From Epithemia pelagica (Eukaryota; Protista; Bacillariophyta), in assembly GCA_946965045.2 (NCBI GenBank), contig OX337235.1, positions 3,410,001 to 3,474,000 of the forward strand: a stretch of DNA of 64,000 bases. Direction: 5' to 3'. Under the pieces are notes generated by a model. That model had not been told where the DNA came from. It made no database searches and saw nothing but the letters and a program-made list of their open reading frames with translations. Below, piece after piece: positions 11,101 through 24,880 of this stretch (its first letter is position 1; every line of letters begins with the position of its first letter). Made by a program: the position numbers and the translations under genes.

Positions 11101-14100
11101 ATACAGGTACCTGATATGAAAAGCAAAACAAGATAACAACACAATACCAAATGGGTTCCATGAGAAAAGGACCATACAGTACATTCGAATATCACACAAT
11201 GCCATAACATACAATTGCTCGAGCTGGTCCAACTTGTCAATATCAGCTGGGACAGTGCCATTGAATTTATTAAAGGACAGATAGAGTTCTCGCAACAGAG
11301 TCAATTGCAATAATTCTGCAGGAAAGGGTCCTGCCTTTAGCTGAGCACTGTCCATGGCGTGCAAACTGGTCAATTGCGGTGCCACAACCTCGATTCCCGA
11401 CAAGGACGAAATGGCGGTTCGAGAAATCCTCAAGGTTTCCAAGGAAGACCAGATGAAGGAGGTCACACTCCAGACTGGATCATCATCTCCACCACCACCA
11501 TCAATTGAGTTTCGATTCCAGTAGATTTGCAATTTTTCATTGCCCTTGAAATCAATCAATCGTAAATCCGGTAGTTGCGACAAGGCTGCGACAATGGGAT
11601 CGACCCCATCATCGTCATTGTCCGATATGTCGAGTGCCGACCTATCCAATCCATTGGACTCCAATCGCAATTCCACCACGCTCAAATTCCCATTCACAGG
11701 TTCACACACGACACCGTACCACGAACAAATGTCCCACACTGTGGAAGGGGTTGTTGTACCACTCATAGAGGCGGGTGGAGTCGTATTCGTATTTGCCGCA
11801 GTTGCGGCCAATGGATCTGTCGCGTCCAAGACGTCCCACCCGGTACGATGCGTCCATGAAACGGGTCCTTGTGTAACATGATAAAAGAGCATGAGGGCAT
11901 CGCGTTGTGTCTGCAATCCAGTAACCATGGGCAAGACATCTGATAATGGATTGTTACTGCATGAGGTGGATCCATAGTATTGGGCGCCCGTCGCATTGTC
12001 GGAACAAGGGGCACATGGGTCTGTGGCCGTGGCTCGTCCCGTCGGGGAGATCGTCAGGGGTGGACAGAGGACGGAATCACAGTCATTGGTGGGAGTGGTG
12101 GTTGTACTCGTATTGGGCAGATCCCACGCTTGTTGCCACTCATCCAATTCACAAAGCGCCAGCGGAATGGGTTCTGTCAATTGATTGTGAGACAAATCGA
12201 CTCGGAAGGGAACGACCGAGGACCATTCTTCAGGAATACCACCCTCCAATTGATTGTAGGTCAAATTGGCGCGAACGACGCCTTGGTCGGTATAATCCTT
12301 GATTCCATCTTGGCCGGAAACTGTCATACTGTTTCGCACCAGAGCCATAAAGTTGGCGGACAAACTCCCTTGCAACTGATTGTGACTCAAATCCAAATCC
12401 ACCAAATGAACAAATGTGTCAAAGTCCAACAAAGGACCGGTCAATCCAGCACCCCGTTTCTGTCGTGCCACATACAGCCGGTACAGGGATTGCGTCCAAT
12501 TCGATTGAGCCCATGTGAGGGGTAAGGGACCCGACAAGAAATTGTCACTCAATTTCAGTTCCTGTAACCGAGGCAAGGCCAATGCCATGTCGTCATTGTT
12601 GTTATCGAATGACGACGACGACGACAGGGGTCCATGCAATCGATTGCCTTCCAAATTCAAGGATTCCAAATGGGCCAATTTCTTCCAGCCACCACTTGTG
12701 GTCGTTGCCGTATCGGCCGAAATCAAGGTTCCCGTCAATGCATTGTAGGAGAGACGCAAATCTCGCAGCGACGACGAACTGGTCGACAAGGACGGGGAAT
12801 TCAACCAATCCACAAAGGACCCCGTGAGCCCGCTGCCGGCCAAATGAATGGATACCACCTTGGATTGTTCCAGTGTCGTGGCCGTCAACAGAGTGGCCCA
12901 ATCGGGGACAATGCCCCAGATATGCGAGGTGGCCACCACTTCCAGCGTAGGGTGACTGGTATTCCATACGGGTACCACAACCGGATTGTACGAGACTGCC
13001 AATCGTCTCAATTGCGACAATTGATAAATGGACGTGGGAATGGTCCCTCGCATTCCATAGCGTTCCAGCAAGAGTTCCGAGACATAACCTCCTTCGTCGA
13101 CCAGAGGAGGATCCTCATTCGTAATTGAATAGGGAACACACCGCAAGCCTTGTCGTTCACAGAGAGGTACGGTGGGATCCAACCAGGAATCGTGAGGTTG
13201 GGTCCAATCGCGTCCTCCCGTGGCTTGAAACAATTCATTCAAAATCTCTCGTTCACTCTTCTGGGGTTGGTCATCATTCTCCGGCGTGTCGTCCCCACCA
13301 CCCGTCACACATTGCGTTTGTCCCCAATACAACGACTGCTGCTGGGAGTCTCCTCCTGCTCCTGCGGCTGCGGGTGGGCAGGGTCGACAGGTGGGAAAGG
13401 CGGAGGACGCCCGTCCATGCAGATTCCATGATTGGGGTGGACAAACGATACCGGCACAGGCATACGCTGCGACGGCTCCGTCATTCCATTGTGAGGCATT
13501 GGTACACAGAACGTCGGGAATGTTCGTCAAGTGATTGTCTTGCAAATGCACTTGCATGGGAACCGAGAGTAACGTAGAGGCCCATTCGGACGGGAGCGTC
13601 CCCGTCAAGGCATTGTCAGCCAAATTGACCGACCGTAGTCCTTCTCCTTCTTGTGGATTGGCGACGACGGTGGCTGCGGCCGCGGCTTGCAAAAAGTCGA
13701 CCGGCAAGGGTCCGGTAAATTGATTCCACGACAAGTCCACCACCGTCAATTGGGCATGCTGCGACAAGGAGGGCAAGGGTCCACCCAATCCTCCCCGCGA
13801 TCCCGCAATGCGCAATCGTTGCAATTGCAAAGGAAGTTGCGCATTGGTCAAGGTGCCCGTCCACGCATTGTCACTGAGATCCAACTCGAGCAATTGCGGC
13901 AAGTCTTGCAGGCCCGAGATGGGTCCCCGCAACTCATTTTGTTGCAACTCCAAGGTTTGGAGACGCGACCAATTTTCAATCGGTGGCAGGGTTCCCCGCA
14001 AATGAGCGCCATTCAAATACAAGTGTTCCAAAGAGGACAAGGATCCCACACTATGCTCCGTGGGCCACGCATCAAGACTATTGTCGGACGACGACGACGA

Positions 14101-16146
14101 CGACGATAGTAATTCCATGCCATTCAAGCGCAACACGGTCAAATTGGCAAAGACGGCTCCGTCCAATCCGTCCAAGGTATGGACTGTGGTATGGGAGGCA
14201 TCCAAGCGTTGCAGTCCCACACTGCTCGTTGACGACGACGATGTCCACTGAGGAATGTGCAACTGGGGATTGCCCCCCACATTCAACGAAATCAAGTGGT
14301 CGGACAATCCGTGCCACAGCTCGGTCATGGGCAAGGTTCCGTGCAATCGATTGTCGGCCAAGTCCAAATATTCGACCCTTCCTTCTTCGTCTGGTCCATT
14401 AGTGGTTTGGCAGGTAATGCCCGTCCACGAACAATACAGGGCTTGTTGTTGTGGTGATGGTTGTTCTCCATTTTGTGCTTGGATTTGTTGTTCGTGCCAT
14501 TGACTGAGAATCCATTCAATGTGTGGATTGTTCTTGTCATTGTTCGTGGTATCATCAAAGTCCAACCACCATTGGTCCCAGACATTCCATCCCTCATTGC
14601 GTTCCCAGTGCGGTCCATTCGTGTGGGTATAAATGTGCCACAAGGCCGTCAAGACACGCGTCGTGGTCGTGGTGGTGGTAGAGTTTGTTGTAGTATTCGG
14701 TTCGGCATGCTCCGGTCCGGGACAGTGTGTGGCACCCAAAAAAAAGTCGGCGGACGTCGTCGTGCCCCGCGAGAGGGGACAGGGTTGACAGGGGTGATTG
14801 GCATCGACTTGGCGTCCTTGAGGAGCATGGGTGCCGCGGGGACAGGCCAGTGCGGGACATGCCAAGGTGGCTACCAAGCCTTGTTGCCACAAGCCCTTGG
14901 CACACAATTCGTCGGGAATGGGAATGGTCAACCGGTTGTCGGACACGTCGAGTTGCAAGCGGGGAAAGGACCGCAACGTGGCTTCCGGCAAGCCTCCCGT
15001 CAAGGCATTGTCCGACACATCGAGCGTCACCACGGCCGGGACGGTCCCCACCGACGGTGTCGTGGTCGTTGTGGTGGCATCCGAACTGCTCGTCGTACTA
15101 GTACTCGTTCCGGTCACCTTGTGTCGATTGTTCCACAACCAATCATGGGGCAAGGTACCGGACAAGCGATTGTGACGCAGCAAGACTTGCGTCACATAGG
15201 GCGCATTCGCCAAGCTGGGAATGGGCCCCGTCAAGCCACGAGGATTGGAATGCAACGACAGCAATTGCAAATTGCGCAAATTGTTGAATTCCGTCGGAAT
15301 GGGACCCGTCCAGGCATTGTGACTCAAACTCACCGTTTGCAACAATGGCAAGGCGCCCAATTCGGTTGGCAAGCGGCCCTGCCAACCATTGTCGTAGCCA
15401 TGCAATTCTTGCAACTGTGTCCAATTGGCAATCGCGGACGGTTGTCCAAAGGCCGGAATACTACTACTACTAGCATCTCCGGCTCGCGTTTGCGAATTGA
15501 TGGACAAGCGTTGCAATTGCGTCAAGGCATACAATTCCGTCGGCAACTGGGGGACGGCCAAGGGATTGGCATCGAGTTGCACGTGTTGCAGCGTGGCATG
15601 CAAGACGGTCCAACTGGCAATCGACGTCACGACATTGGCACTCGCATCCACCGACACCAAGGGCGGCGGCGCTGTTTGCAAATCAAAGTCTATGGATCCC
15701 AAGGCATTGCCCCGCACATTCAAGTGCGTCAAACGGGCCAAGCCGGACCACACCGTGGCCGGAATGGCATGGACCAAGCCATTGTGTGACAAGTCCAAGG
15801 CCACGAGGGAGGTTTCGTCCGTGGCGGTCGTGGTGGACACGCCCGTTTCCCACTCGATGCAGTCGACCCCGTACCAGGCACACACATTCCAGTGCGTGTC
15901 GGACGACGCCGCCGTCCACCCCTCGGTATTGGTCCAACTCGTGGCTCCCAAGGTGGCGTCAAACAAGAGTTGCAACGAGTACCGTTCCAAGGCCAAGGGA
16001 TGACCATCGTCCAATACTGTTGTAGCAGTAGAAGTAGGAGTGGCCTGGACCAAGACACGGCTCGACTGCATGGTTCCTCCTCCAAGACAAAGCGCAACCA
16101 CCACGGCGAGAAACAATCGTGGCAGCTGCAGCAATGGAAATGGCAT
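8166..16146 (-). CDS. Giant secreted/GPI-anchored LRR protein with six tandem LRRNT-LRR-Cys-rich modules (~2588 aa)
   Basis: Exons 16146-11213, 11110-10044 and 9931-8166; introns GTATGT..CAG (102 bp, in frame) and GTACGT..CAG (112 bp). The joined length of 7767 nt is in frame. Signal peptide MPFPLLQLPRLFLAVVVALCL, plant-type LxxLxLxxNxLxGxIP repeats and a hydrophobic C-terminus. Confidence 0.9.
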
Positions 16147-16266
16147 GGTTTCGGGGGAGTTTCTTCGTGTTCGTCTCCTCCTGTCGTGACGTGTGGTGGA
16201 ATGGTGGAACCGCATCCTCTCCTCCTCCTGGACATTCATCCTCACAGACGATTGTGGCATGCTGCC

Positions 16267-16311
<45 letters not shown>
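16267..16311. repeat. (TTG)n microsatellite
   Basis: About 15 perfect TTG units upstream of the LRR start codon. Confidence 0.9.
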
Positions 16312-16312
<1 letters not shown>

Positions 16313-16503
16313 CTCTGCGGCGGCTGCTGCTCCTTCCAGTGTCTGGAGGGCAACCCACACGGAATACGAAACGAGGAATTTCTCAACCACGAGCCACGAG
16401 ACGAGGAGAAATCAAAAGGGTGTGGGTCGACGTTGCCGTTCCAAGGTTTCTTCTTCTAGACAGTCGATGCACTATCCACAGGCGAATCCAGGATCTAGTC
16501 AAA

Positions 16504-16530
<27 letters not shown>
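16504..16530. repeat. (AG)n microsatellite
   Basis: Perfect AG dinucleotide run. Confidence 0.9.
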
Positions 16531-16534
<4 letters not shown>

Positions 16535-17401
16535 AAAGGATGACAACCAAGACAAGCACACTAACAAAGCATCCCTTCTTCCCAATTGTTGCCACCGTCT
16601 CGTTGTTGTCGTGACAGTGGGTGCGCTGTGCGCGCTGGCACAGTCTTTGGCCGCCGCGTACACAGTTACTATGATTGCTGGGAAGGAAGGACTCCCTCCA
16701 ATGCAGATCCTCGCGCGGTCCAGTCGTGTAATAATCGGTCGCACGTAGGTCTCTCTTGGATCGCTAAAAAATCACCGCTCAGTAATATTGGTCCCATGGC
16801 GCTATCAAAAGTTTCCCACGACTGTGAAAATCTTTCTGTTGAATAAAGTGTACTCCCCGGAAAGCCCCACCAAATATCATGCCACTTTTACTATAGCCCT
16901 CGCCATGTATATCTTGGAAAAATTAGCGGGGGCTTTTCCAGTTTCTGGAAGATGCGCTCACTTTTTGGGGTTGGCCATGTCGAGTTGTCCGTTCAGAATC
17001 TCGGCCTCACCAAAAGACTCGAACCAAACAGGATCTACTCTAGTTTCTAATTCCAAAAAGTGACTCTGGAAACCGAAAAAAGAGTCATTTGCTCTTGTCG
17101 TCAACGACAAAAAGTCAGTAGCGAAAGCAAGAAGCATCAACAAACTATCTGCTACTTGCAATTGACAGAGTAATTCAGCTTCTTTTGCAAGAGGTGTGAT
17201 TGTGGTTGGTTTACACACTGCCTGCCTCCGCTGATAGCGCTCGACACTCTCTCCCAAATTGTATTGCTTGCAATCCACACTCTAAAAGGAAAACGAGGAC
17301 TACCCCTGTAGAAAAAGTGTGTGTGTGTGATTTCATTGAGGGATTGTTCCATTTCGTGTTTGATTTGGCCGTGTGAGAGTGCAAAACGCTGTCTCGGAAT
17401 C

Positions 17402-20400
17402 ATGACAACCACCGGCCAATTCGAGCCATTGCAGCAGCAGCAACAACAACACGACGATCCACAAGAAACCAGCCACGAAGAACGCAATCCACACTCGAAT
17501 GTTATGGACCAGGATGACAACAACAACAACCACCACCACGAGCCAGTTCTCCAAGAGGAGGACCAGTCTTCCGGGGAGCCCTTGTCCACAACTACTACGA
17601 CTACGACTCGAAGGGTTCTGTCCAATCTCGGTTCCTGGAGTTGGACCCTGTGTTGGATGACCGTCATGGCCACGGCCCTCATGCTCTTGGCAAGTCTGTG
17701 GACGGCCAATCCTCTGGACGACACGAATTCAGAGGATGGAGGATCTTCGTCCTTGCCTTGGGTCGTCTCACCATTTTGGTCAAAAACGAGCCATGTAGAC
17801 GATCCCAGTCACAAGACTCGACACTTGGGCTCGTCCGTCTTGCGATCCTCCTCGTCATTGTCACGATCCTTGCGCACCACAAGTGCCACCTTGGATTCGA
17901 TTCAACCCACGTGGCGGGACGAAGTCCATGCCGTCTGGGTCAATGGACCCTTGCCCCGCCAACAATTGGGCACGGAACATTGGCCCCTGTTTGGCCGTAC
18001 CAATACCTCCGATGCCACACCCGGGAATTTTGTCGTGGGTGGCAGTACGTCGGGCACGTGCAGTCCCAATTTGCCCACCTTTACGGGTTATACCAACGAT
18101 GGGACGGCCTATTGTCAACCCACCAATGGCCATGCGCAAGAACATCCCCACTTGCTCTTGTACAGTGGCAATCTCGGTGTCTTGTTGGATGCCTCGTATA
18201 CGGCCAAACCCACGAGTGTCGTGGCCCGCATTGGCAGTACGCAACATTTGGCCATTGATGGTAGTTTGGTCCGGGATGCGTCGTCCTCGCCATCACCCGT
18301 TGTGAATGATACAACGACTGGCACTGGTACAACGACGGGAACCACCAACGATCCGACGACCGGCACCACCACCAATCGTAGTACTACGGACGAACCGACC
18401 GGTCCCTCCTTCTTGTCGGCACAAGACGTGTTGAATGGGTTGCCCGAAGGCACGGTGCGATTGTCCTTGCAATTGTTGTGTGAGAACCATGGGTTGCAAG
18501 AATTGGTCGCCCAGCCCCTGGCCGATCAAGGCGGAGCGCCCATTCATTTGATTCGTCAGGGACCAGCCGTCGTGCACGTGACAATTGATGCCTTGCAATG
18601 GACCGACTTTTCCGGACAGGCGCAGCCCTTTGTCTTTGCGCAAAATGACAATTGTGTCGTGAATACGACCAATTTGCAAGATCCCGAAACGACCAATGCC
18701 AATGACACGTGCTTGTCCTCGATTGTCAATTGTTGTCTCGACGATCCCTGTTTTTGTCAAGACAATTATATTTCCGGAGTGGAAACCAATTCCTGTCCCC
18801 ATGCCGAATATCCGCACTGTGTCTTTGAGTCGCCCGGCAGTTCGTGGGGAACCTGTCATGCCTTGTCCACAGCCCCGCGCGATCCGTCCAATATTACCTG
18901 TAATACCAATGCCGATTGCTTTTTTGATCCCAATTATCCCGTCTGTTTGTTCCAGCGGTGTTATGTCGATGTGGAACGGGATTGTACCTTGGCGCCACCG
19001 TGGATCGATGTCACCATGTGGGGCGACACCTTGTCCTTGGTGGCCAATTGGGATCCCAATACCCGTGGCGATACCTGTCAAGGATCGGTTCGCTTGGAAA
19101 CCCGGTTCGCCGGAGGAACACAACCCTCCACCACTTTGACGCAAACGGCACCCTACGACACGGGACGCGTGAGTATGATCTTGTCCAGTCCCATGGCAAC
19201 CACCAACAATGACGACGACGACCGCAGTACGACCAATACCGACATTTCCGATCCCGATGCCAGTACGTATTCGCAACCCCTTGTGGATGCGACGGAAACG
19301 GCGGCCTTGATTGACGATGTCACCGTGACGGCCTCCTCGGGCACCAATGTCTTGTATCGCACCATTCGAGGAGATATTGTCGTCGAGTACGTATATACTA
19401 TATATATATATACCTTAATACAACACCCAACCAAAGGACCTGTTGGGTGGAGTGGACTCACTCTGTTGTTTGTTTGTTTGTTGATGTTGCCTGACCTCTC
19501 CTGACAGAGTTCCTCCAAATACACCTCGTTGTTCGTACAATTCCAATTGTGGGGATGTATCCAGTATGGTCAATGTTACGGTAGCCAACGAACAAGACAA
19601 TGCCACTCGTACAGTCCGTTTGACCTTGTCTCGAAGCTTTGAAACGGGCAATCCTCGGTTTGGTCCACCCGAGTCGGCTCGACCCGGTGCCGAAATTACC
19701 GGTCTTTCCGTCCTGGTCTTGGATGCCATGACACTCCAACCCTTGGGCATTCCGGTCCAATTGTCCAAAAATTGGCATACCGGTCAAGCCATCAACCCCA
19801 CCTACCGGTTCCGATGGTGGACGGCCAATGTCTTGTTGCATCTGCCTCCGACCGTGTCGGTGGATTTGACCTTTGCCATTGTCTATGAAGAATACATGGG
19901 TGTCCCCGCCTTTTCGCAGGCACAATTGTCCACAGTGGGTTTGGCCAGTCGATGGATGCTGCAACAAGCCTCCTTGGGCACGGGGGGCGATAACTTTGTG
20001 GTGGATCCCATGGGAGCCTTTTCTCGCAACATGATTACCAGTGTTCGTGCCAACTTTTTTGATGGAGCCTGGAAACAAGATGTCGGTGGAGGAGACTTTT
20101 TGGTCTACTTTGATCAATCGGGACGGTATCAATATGCCACACAAGTCACGCCCCGATTGTTGGCCCATGGTCCCTGTTTGTCCAATGCCAGTTATACCAT
20201 GTTGTCCGACGATGGGGCCATTCGCAGTGAAATTCAAATGAGTGGAGCCCGAACCGATGACATTGTTCGCATGTTTATTCATGTTCGTCATGTCGCACTG
20301 GAACGTACCCGGTTTTCTCGATTGGCCTTTTTCCAAATGGGTTCGGAAACCTACAACTTGTTTCCCACCTTTGATAACTTTGTCTTTGGAACGGCGGAGG

Positions 20401-21422
20401 ATCAACCGGATGTTGTCGAACGAACCTGTTCGGCCGGTACCAGTCGATCCGCGGACAAAATGTATTCCATCAACGACCCCTACTTTAAGCGCAGTTTGGC
20501 CGGATCGGACGGTCCCTGGTGGATTGCCTTGGGACCCAACAGTGACTCCACACGTTACCAATCCAATCGTTATGTCGTGGGAGACCGTGGCTTGGTCATT
20601 CGATCCTACGACGGCCTCATTCAGGGCACTCCAGTCACACGACCGTCCGTCACGATTCTCTGCGACAAGATTGAATTGGGACCTCCTCGCAGTGCCCGCT
20701 CACTCTTACCGGGAGACTTTGTGGATTTTAAGTTGGAATTTTTGGTCTTGCCCCGCTCTCAAGACTTTGACATTCCTCTCCAACGTCAGCCCAATTCCAG
20801 TTCGTTGTTGGCCTTGGTCGAACTGGAAACGACGGCCGAACGGGTCCAAGAACACGCCATTCGAGACATTGAAATCAGCAGCACGGGCGACGGTGTCGAT
20901 CGTGTCGAGTGTCATTATCCAATTCGTATCTGTGTCACGGATGGATGGAATGCGGATTCCGATCCTTTGAGTTTTACCGTTCGAGGGCAAGCCTTGGGAT
21001 ACGTTCCTGTGGTACTCTGCAATCTTGATACACCCATTCTACCGGATGGTATGAGTCTTTGGTCTCGATGGGGCGAAGAGGAAGACTTTACCGAATTGAC
21101 GGACAACACCGAAGCACGACAAGCCAACTATTTGGATCGGGTCAATCAAAAGTACGAACTGGTGTTTAATGTGGAAATTCAGCTCCCCGACATTGAAGAA
21201 TTGGGACTCAATGAGACCAATTCCACCATGCTGACAGAATTCTTTTTTGGAAAAGAAGAAACATTGCTGCGATTTCAAGGCAGGGGAACTCCAATCAGTG
21301 CTGCAGTGACAGCGTTCCCCCATGCACAGACCTCGTCCTGGATGTGGATTGTTTCATGGTTGCCTTCCATGACATTGTGGTTGGTGCTCGGGATGAGTTC
21401 ATTTTTACTTGTAGCTGCATAA
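17402..21422 (+). CDS. Uncharacterised ~1299-aa membrane-anchored protein with Cys-rich insert and bacterial-like core
   Basis: Exons 17402-19386 and 19508-21422, with intron GTACGT..CAG of 121 bp, join two track ORFs in frame (IVVE|VPPNTPRC). N-terminal TM helix and hydrophobic C-terminus. Confidence 0.8.
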
Positions 21423-21581
21423 GGAGAATTAGTTTAATACATGTCGTTCGATATAAGTGGGCAATGATAGGTATGTTCATATGAATTTGCTATAACGTTA
21501 CAGGTGAAAAACTTATCCTAACAAGTGTGTGCTGTTTTGGTCCATGTCAAAAGTGACCTAATGTTGTGCCTGGGCATGTTC

Positions 21582-23533
21582 TTACTCATCCGAAAGAGGA
21601 TCGGATCCAGAATCTTCTTCCTCAATCATGTTGGACTCCACATCAGCAAATCGCAAGGAATTCATGGCACGGCGTTTCTTGGTCACCCATTCGCCAATGT
21701 CTTCGTCGTCACCATCCAACAAAAGCAATTCCCAACCTTCCAAGAATCGAGGCAAGAGGTACAAACGACCCGGAATACAAAGCAAGGTCATAAAGGGAAA
21801 GACAATGGAAATGGCCGACATGTTTTGCACAAAAAAGACGAGTCCGAAAAAAAGGATTTGCAGAATCGTGTACAAGTGAACCTTGGGCTTCTCCATGTAC
21901 CGGTTAAAGACAGTATCGGGGTACTTGCTGGGTTGTTGCAGCCACAACAAAATACGGTTCCAGAATTGCATGGCAGGCAAGGCGGAAAGACCCATGAACA
22001 AAAACACACCATACAAGACAGGCATGGGCAAGAGCTGCAACACCTTGAGGACCAAGAGGGACAATCCCACCATGAGATGAGAAAAGAACATGGTCAAGCG
22101 AGTTTCTTGAACGGAAATGATCTTGCCATCCTTGTCCTTTTCGGCTAAACTGTTGAGGTGGATAATGCAAGGCACCGTGGTGGCGACCAACCAAGGAAGT
22201 CCCAAACAGCCATTGATAAAGTTGAAGAGACCACTGAGGCACAAATCGTAGTTGTAGGCTTCTCCGTGTTGCAAGTTGTGACTCTTGTGGTTGATCAAAT
22301 GCCAGGTGATACCATTGTCAAGGAAGCAAAGCAAAAAGGCTCCGAGGGCCGGAGCAGCAGTGACAATCGGCACCCATCCCTTGCCGTTCAAATCCGAAAA
22401 GTCGACAAACCAAGAACGAGCACCAGCAGCTTCGGCTTGATCTGGACAGTCGTCGGGGAAGAAGGTGAGACAAGTGCTGTCGCAGCATTGGTAGGTCGGT
22501 TCAAATCGGTCAGGCACATTGAGTTGTTCCGTTTCAATACTGGGGAACAAGAACTCTTTGATCACGGTGGCAATCAAGACAGAAAGGGTCACAGCAAAAT
22601 CATGGATGGAAGTACGGATGCCTTGGTTGCAGAAGAAGGATGATGTCTTGAAGCTTCGGAAGAAGAAGATGAGAGCAGTGGTACCAAAACCAAGAAGGGT
22701 ACTCAACAAGGCCACTTCCAGGTAGCTGTAGTCTTCATCGTCCACGTAGTCTTCATGTGACTTGTGGTTCGGGTCAAAGTATCGTAAGATACCGACTTGA
22801 GAAAAGGGATCACCCACGGCATCCAACACAAAGATACTGACAATCAAGAGGGCAAAGATTTCGTCCGTGAATCGAGTGGCCAAACGGACAACGCGTGTCA
22901 AGTCAAAGAAACCGGCCATGACACAGTAGAACAAGAGCCAACATGAAGTCCAGGCATTGAAGGTCAAGAAGGGAAGGCCAATGTTTTCAGAGATACGAAT
23001 GACGGCCTTGGTAAAGGCAAGCACAGGTCCAGTGGAACCAATGATACACTAAATCAATGAAAAGCATTGCGAGGATTGTATGAGAAAAGGCTGTCGATGG
23101 TACCAACAGAGGGTTGAACTGCCGAGCTTACCATGGGCATACCTCCAATCATACTGTATGCGACACCAACCCAAGTCGTGGCCAAAATGGTCTCAACGGC
23201 ACCAATGCGGTTGCCTGATTCCTTTCCATAGACGGCTTCAAAAGTGAGCGTGGGTGCAATGACGGAAATGAACATGAGCAAGGTAACAGCAATGGTTTTC
23301 TGGTTGAAATTGGTAACCTCCTTGACCCAGTGAGTTCCGACGGTTCGCTTAAAGTCCTTGATGATACCAGTACCCCATCCTTGGGCTTCGTCCATATGCA
23401 CTTGACCAGCTCCTTCGACCAAGTCGGCGTTGGAAACAGGGCCTCGATTCTTCTCAATAGACGTGACGACGGTTTGGTCTTCCATGGTCTTGGAGTCCTT
23501 GATGTTGTCTTCGAAGTTGGTATTGTCCGCCAT
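21582..23533 (-). CDS. SLC4: SLC4-family anion (bicarbonate/borate) transporter, ~622 aa
   Basis: Exons 23533-23132 and 23048-21582, with intron GTAAGC..TAG of 83 bp. Motifs IIGSTGPV, TRFTDEIF, YNYDL, GLPWLVATTV and VQETRLT, plus multiple TM helices. Confidence 0.92.
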
Positions 23534-24880
23534 GTTGAAATAAGGAGATGATATATCGACACAATAGAAATGGGTGGGATCAGATCGAATGCAGGCTTTC
23601 AGATTGTCGACCAGATCAAATTATGAGACGTCGAAGTAGGCAATGTGTCATGAGCATGATGTTGGATGATACCTAAAGAGTGAAGAGCAATTGCGAAAAT
23701 TTGGCTGACATCTTCGTGATCCGACACCTGACAAGTTGGTTTAGAAAAAAGGGAGAAATGAACTTGGGGGAGATTCCGAGTTGAAGCATGTTTCGTTCCT
23801 CTCATACTTCCTACTTACCCCGGACACGAGACACCGGCGAACAACACTTCTTATTTCGAATTGCGAATTGCTATTAGCGGCATGCGACTGAATGCATGTT
23901 CTTTCTTTTTTCAGATATTGGATGTGCAAGGACGAGAGAAGTCTATCAACTATCAACATCAGTGTTCAGGTATTAGTCTGTTCGGTTTCGTTCTCTTAGA
24001 AACTGCGGAAGTCTTCTTCTTGTTATCTTGCCTCTTTTCGAGCGGAGACCGAGATGCAGCTTGCAGTTTGCAGTTGCAGCTCGTATCCTGTTGTATCATC
24101 ATCTCTGTCTGTCGTCAAGTAATCCATCGGAAGAATGCAAAAATTGATCTCGTGGCGAGGTTTGTTCGCTTTCTGATTCCCTCCGGTTTCTTCATTCACC
24201 AAACCCTAGCGTTTAAAGTGTTTCAGAGAAAACAATGGTTAATTGATTGAATCTCGCTAAGTGAGGAGGAGTGGAATTTTAGCTGACGTGACAGTCGCAC
24301 AGTTCACAGGAAAATCTGTGTCGGAGAGATGTGTAATGTGTACACCCCCAGAAACCCGAAACATTGCCCCTTTCTTTTTTCTTTCGACCCTGGGGGCCTC
24401 GATTCTTTCTCTCTCGAAATGAAGAGGACAAAGCCAAAGCCAGCAGACGAGACATCCTTGTCAACAAGCAAATATTGTCATCAGTGACTGATTTTCTTAG
24501 TGAATCAACATGGTATCCATTTTCCTTTCGATACTAGGGACCGCAGTCCCGCGGTATTGATTCAGAGTCGTGATACGATTCCAGTTCCGTCTGTGTGGAA
24601 ACTGGAAACCCACGTCGCACGGTTGCGCCGCCCCACTACCCCCAAGCGCAGGGGGAGTTATGAGTCCCGCCTGAGTCGGAGAAAATGTGCACTCGTATAC
24701 GAAAGCCCTTTTTAAGTGCGACTCAATACTCGCCCGGAGCTTGGGAGTAACCGCCCCACATGGCTGCAGCAACCGGGTTTTGTTGCATATCAATCAATCC
24801 TATTCGATTGCACTGCACATCATTTGCTGTACGAAGCACAACGACAACGCTGCGTGTATTTGATTTGAATCCACAAGACT

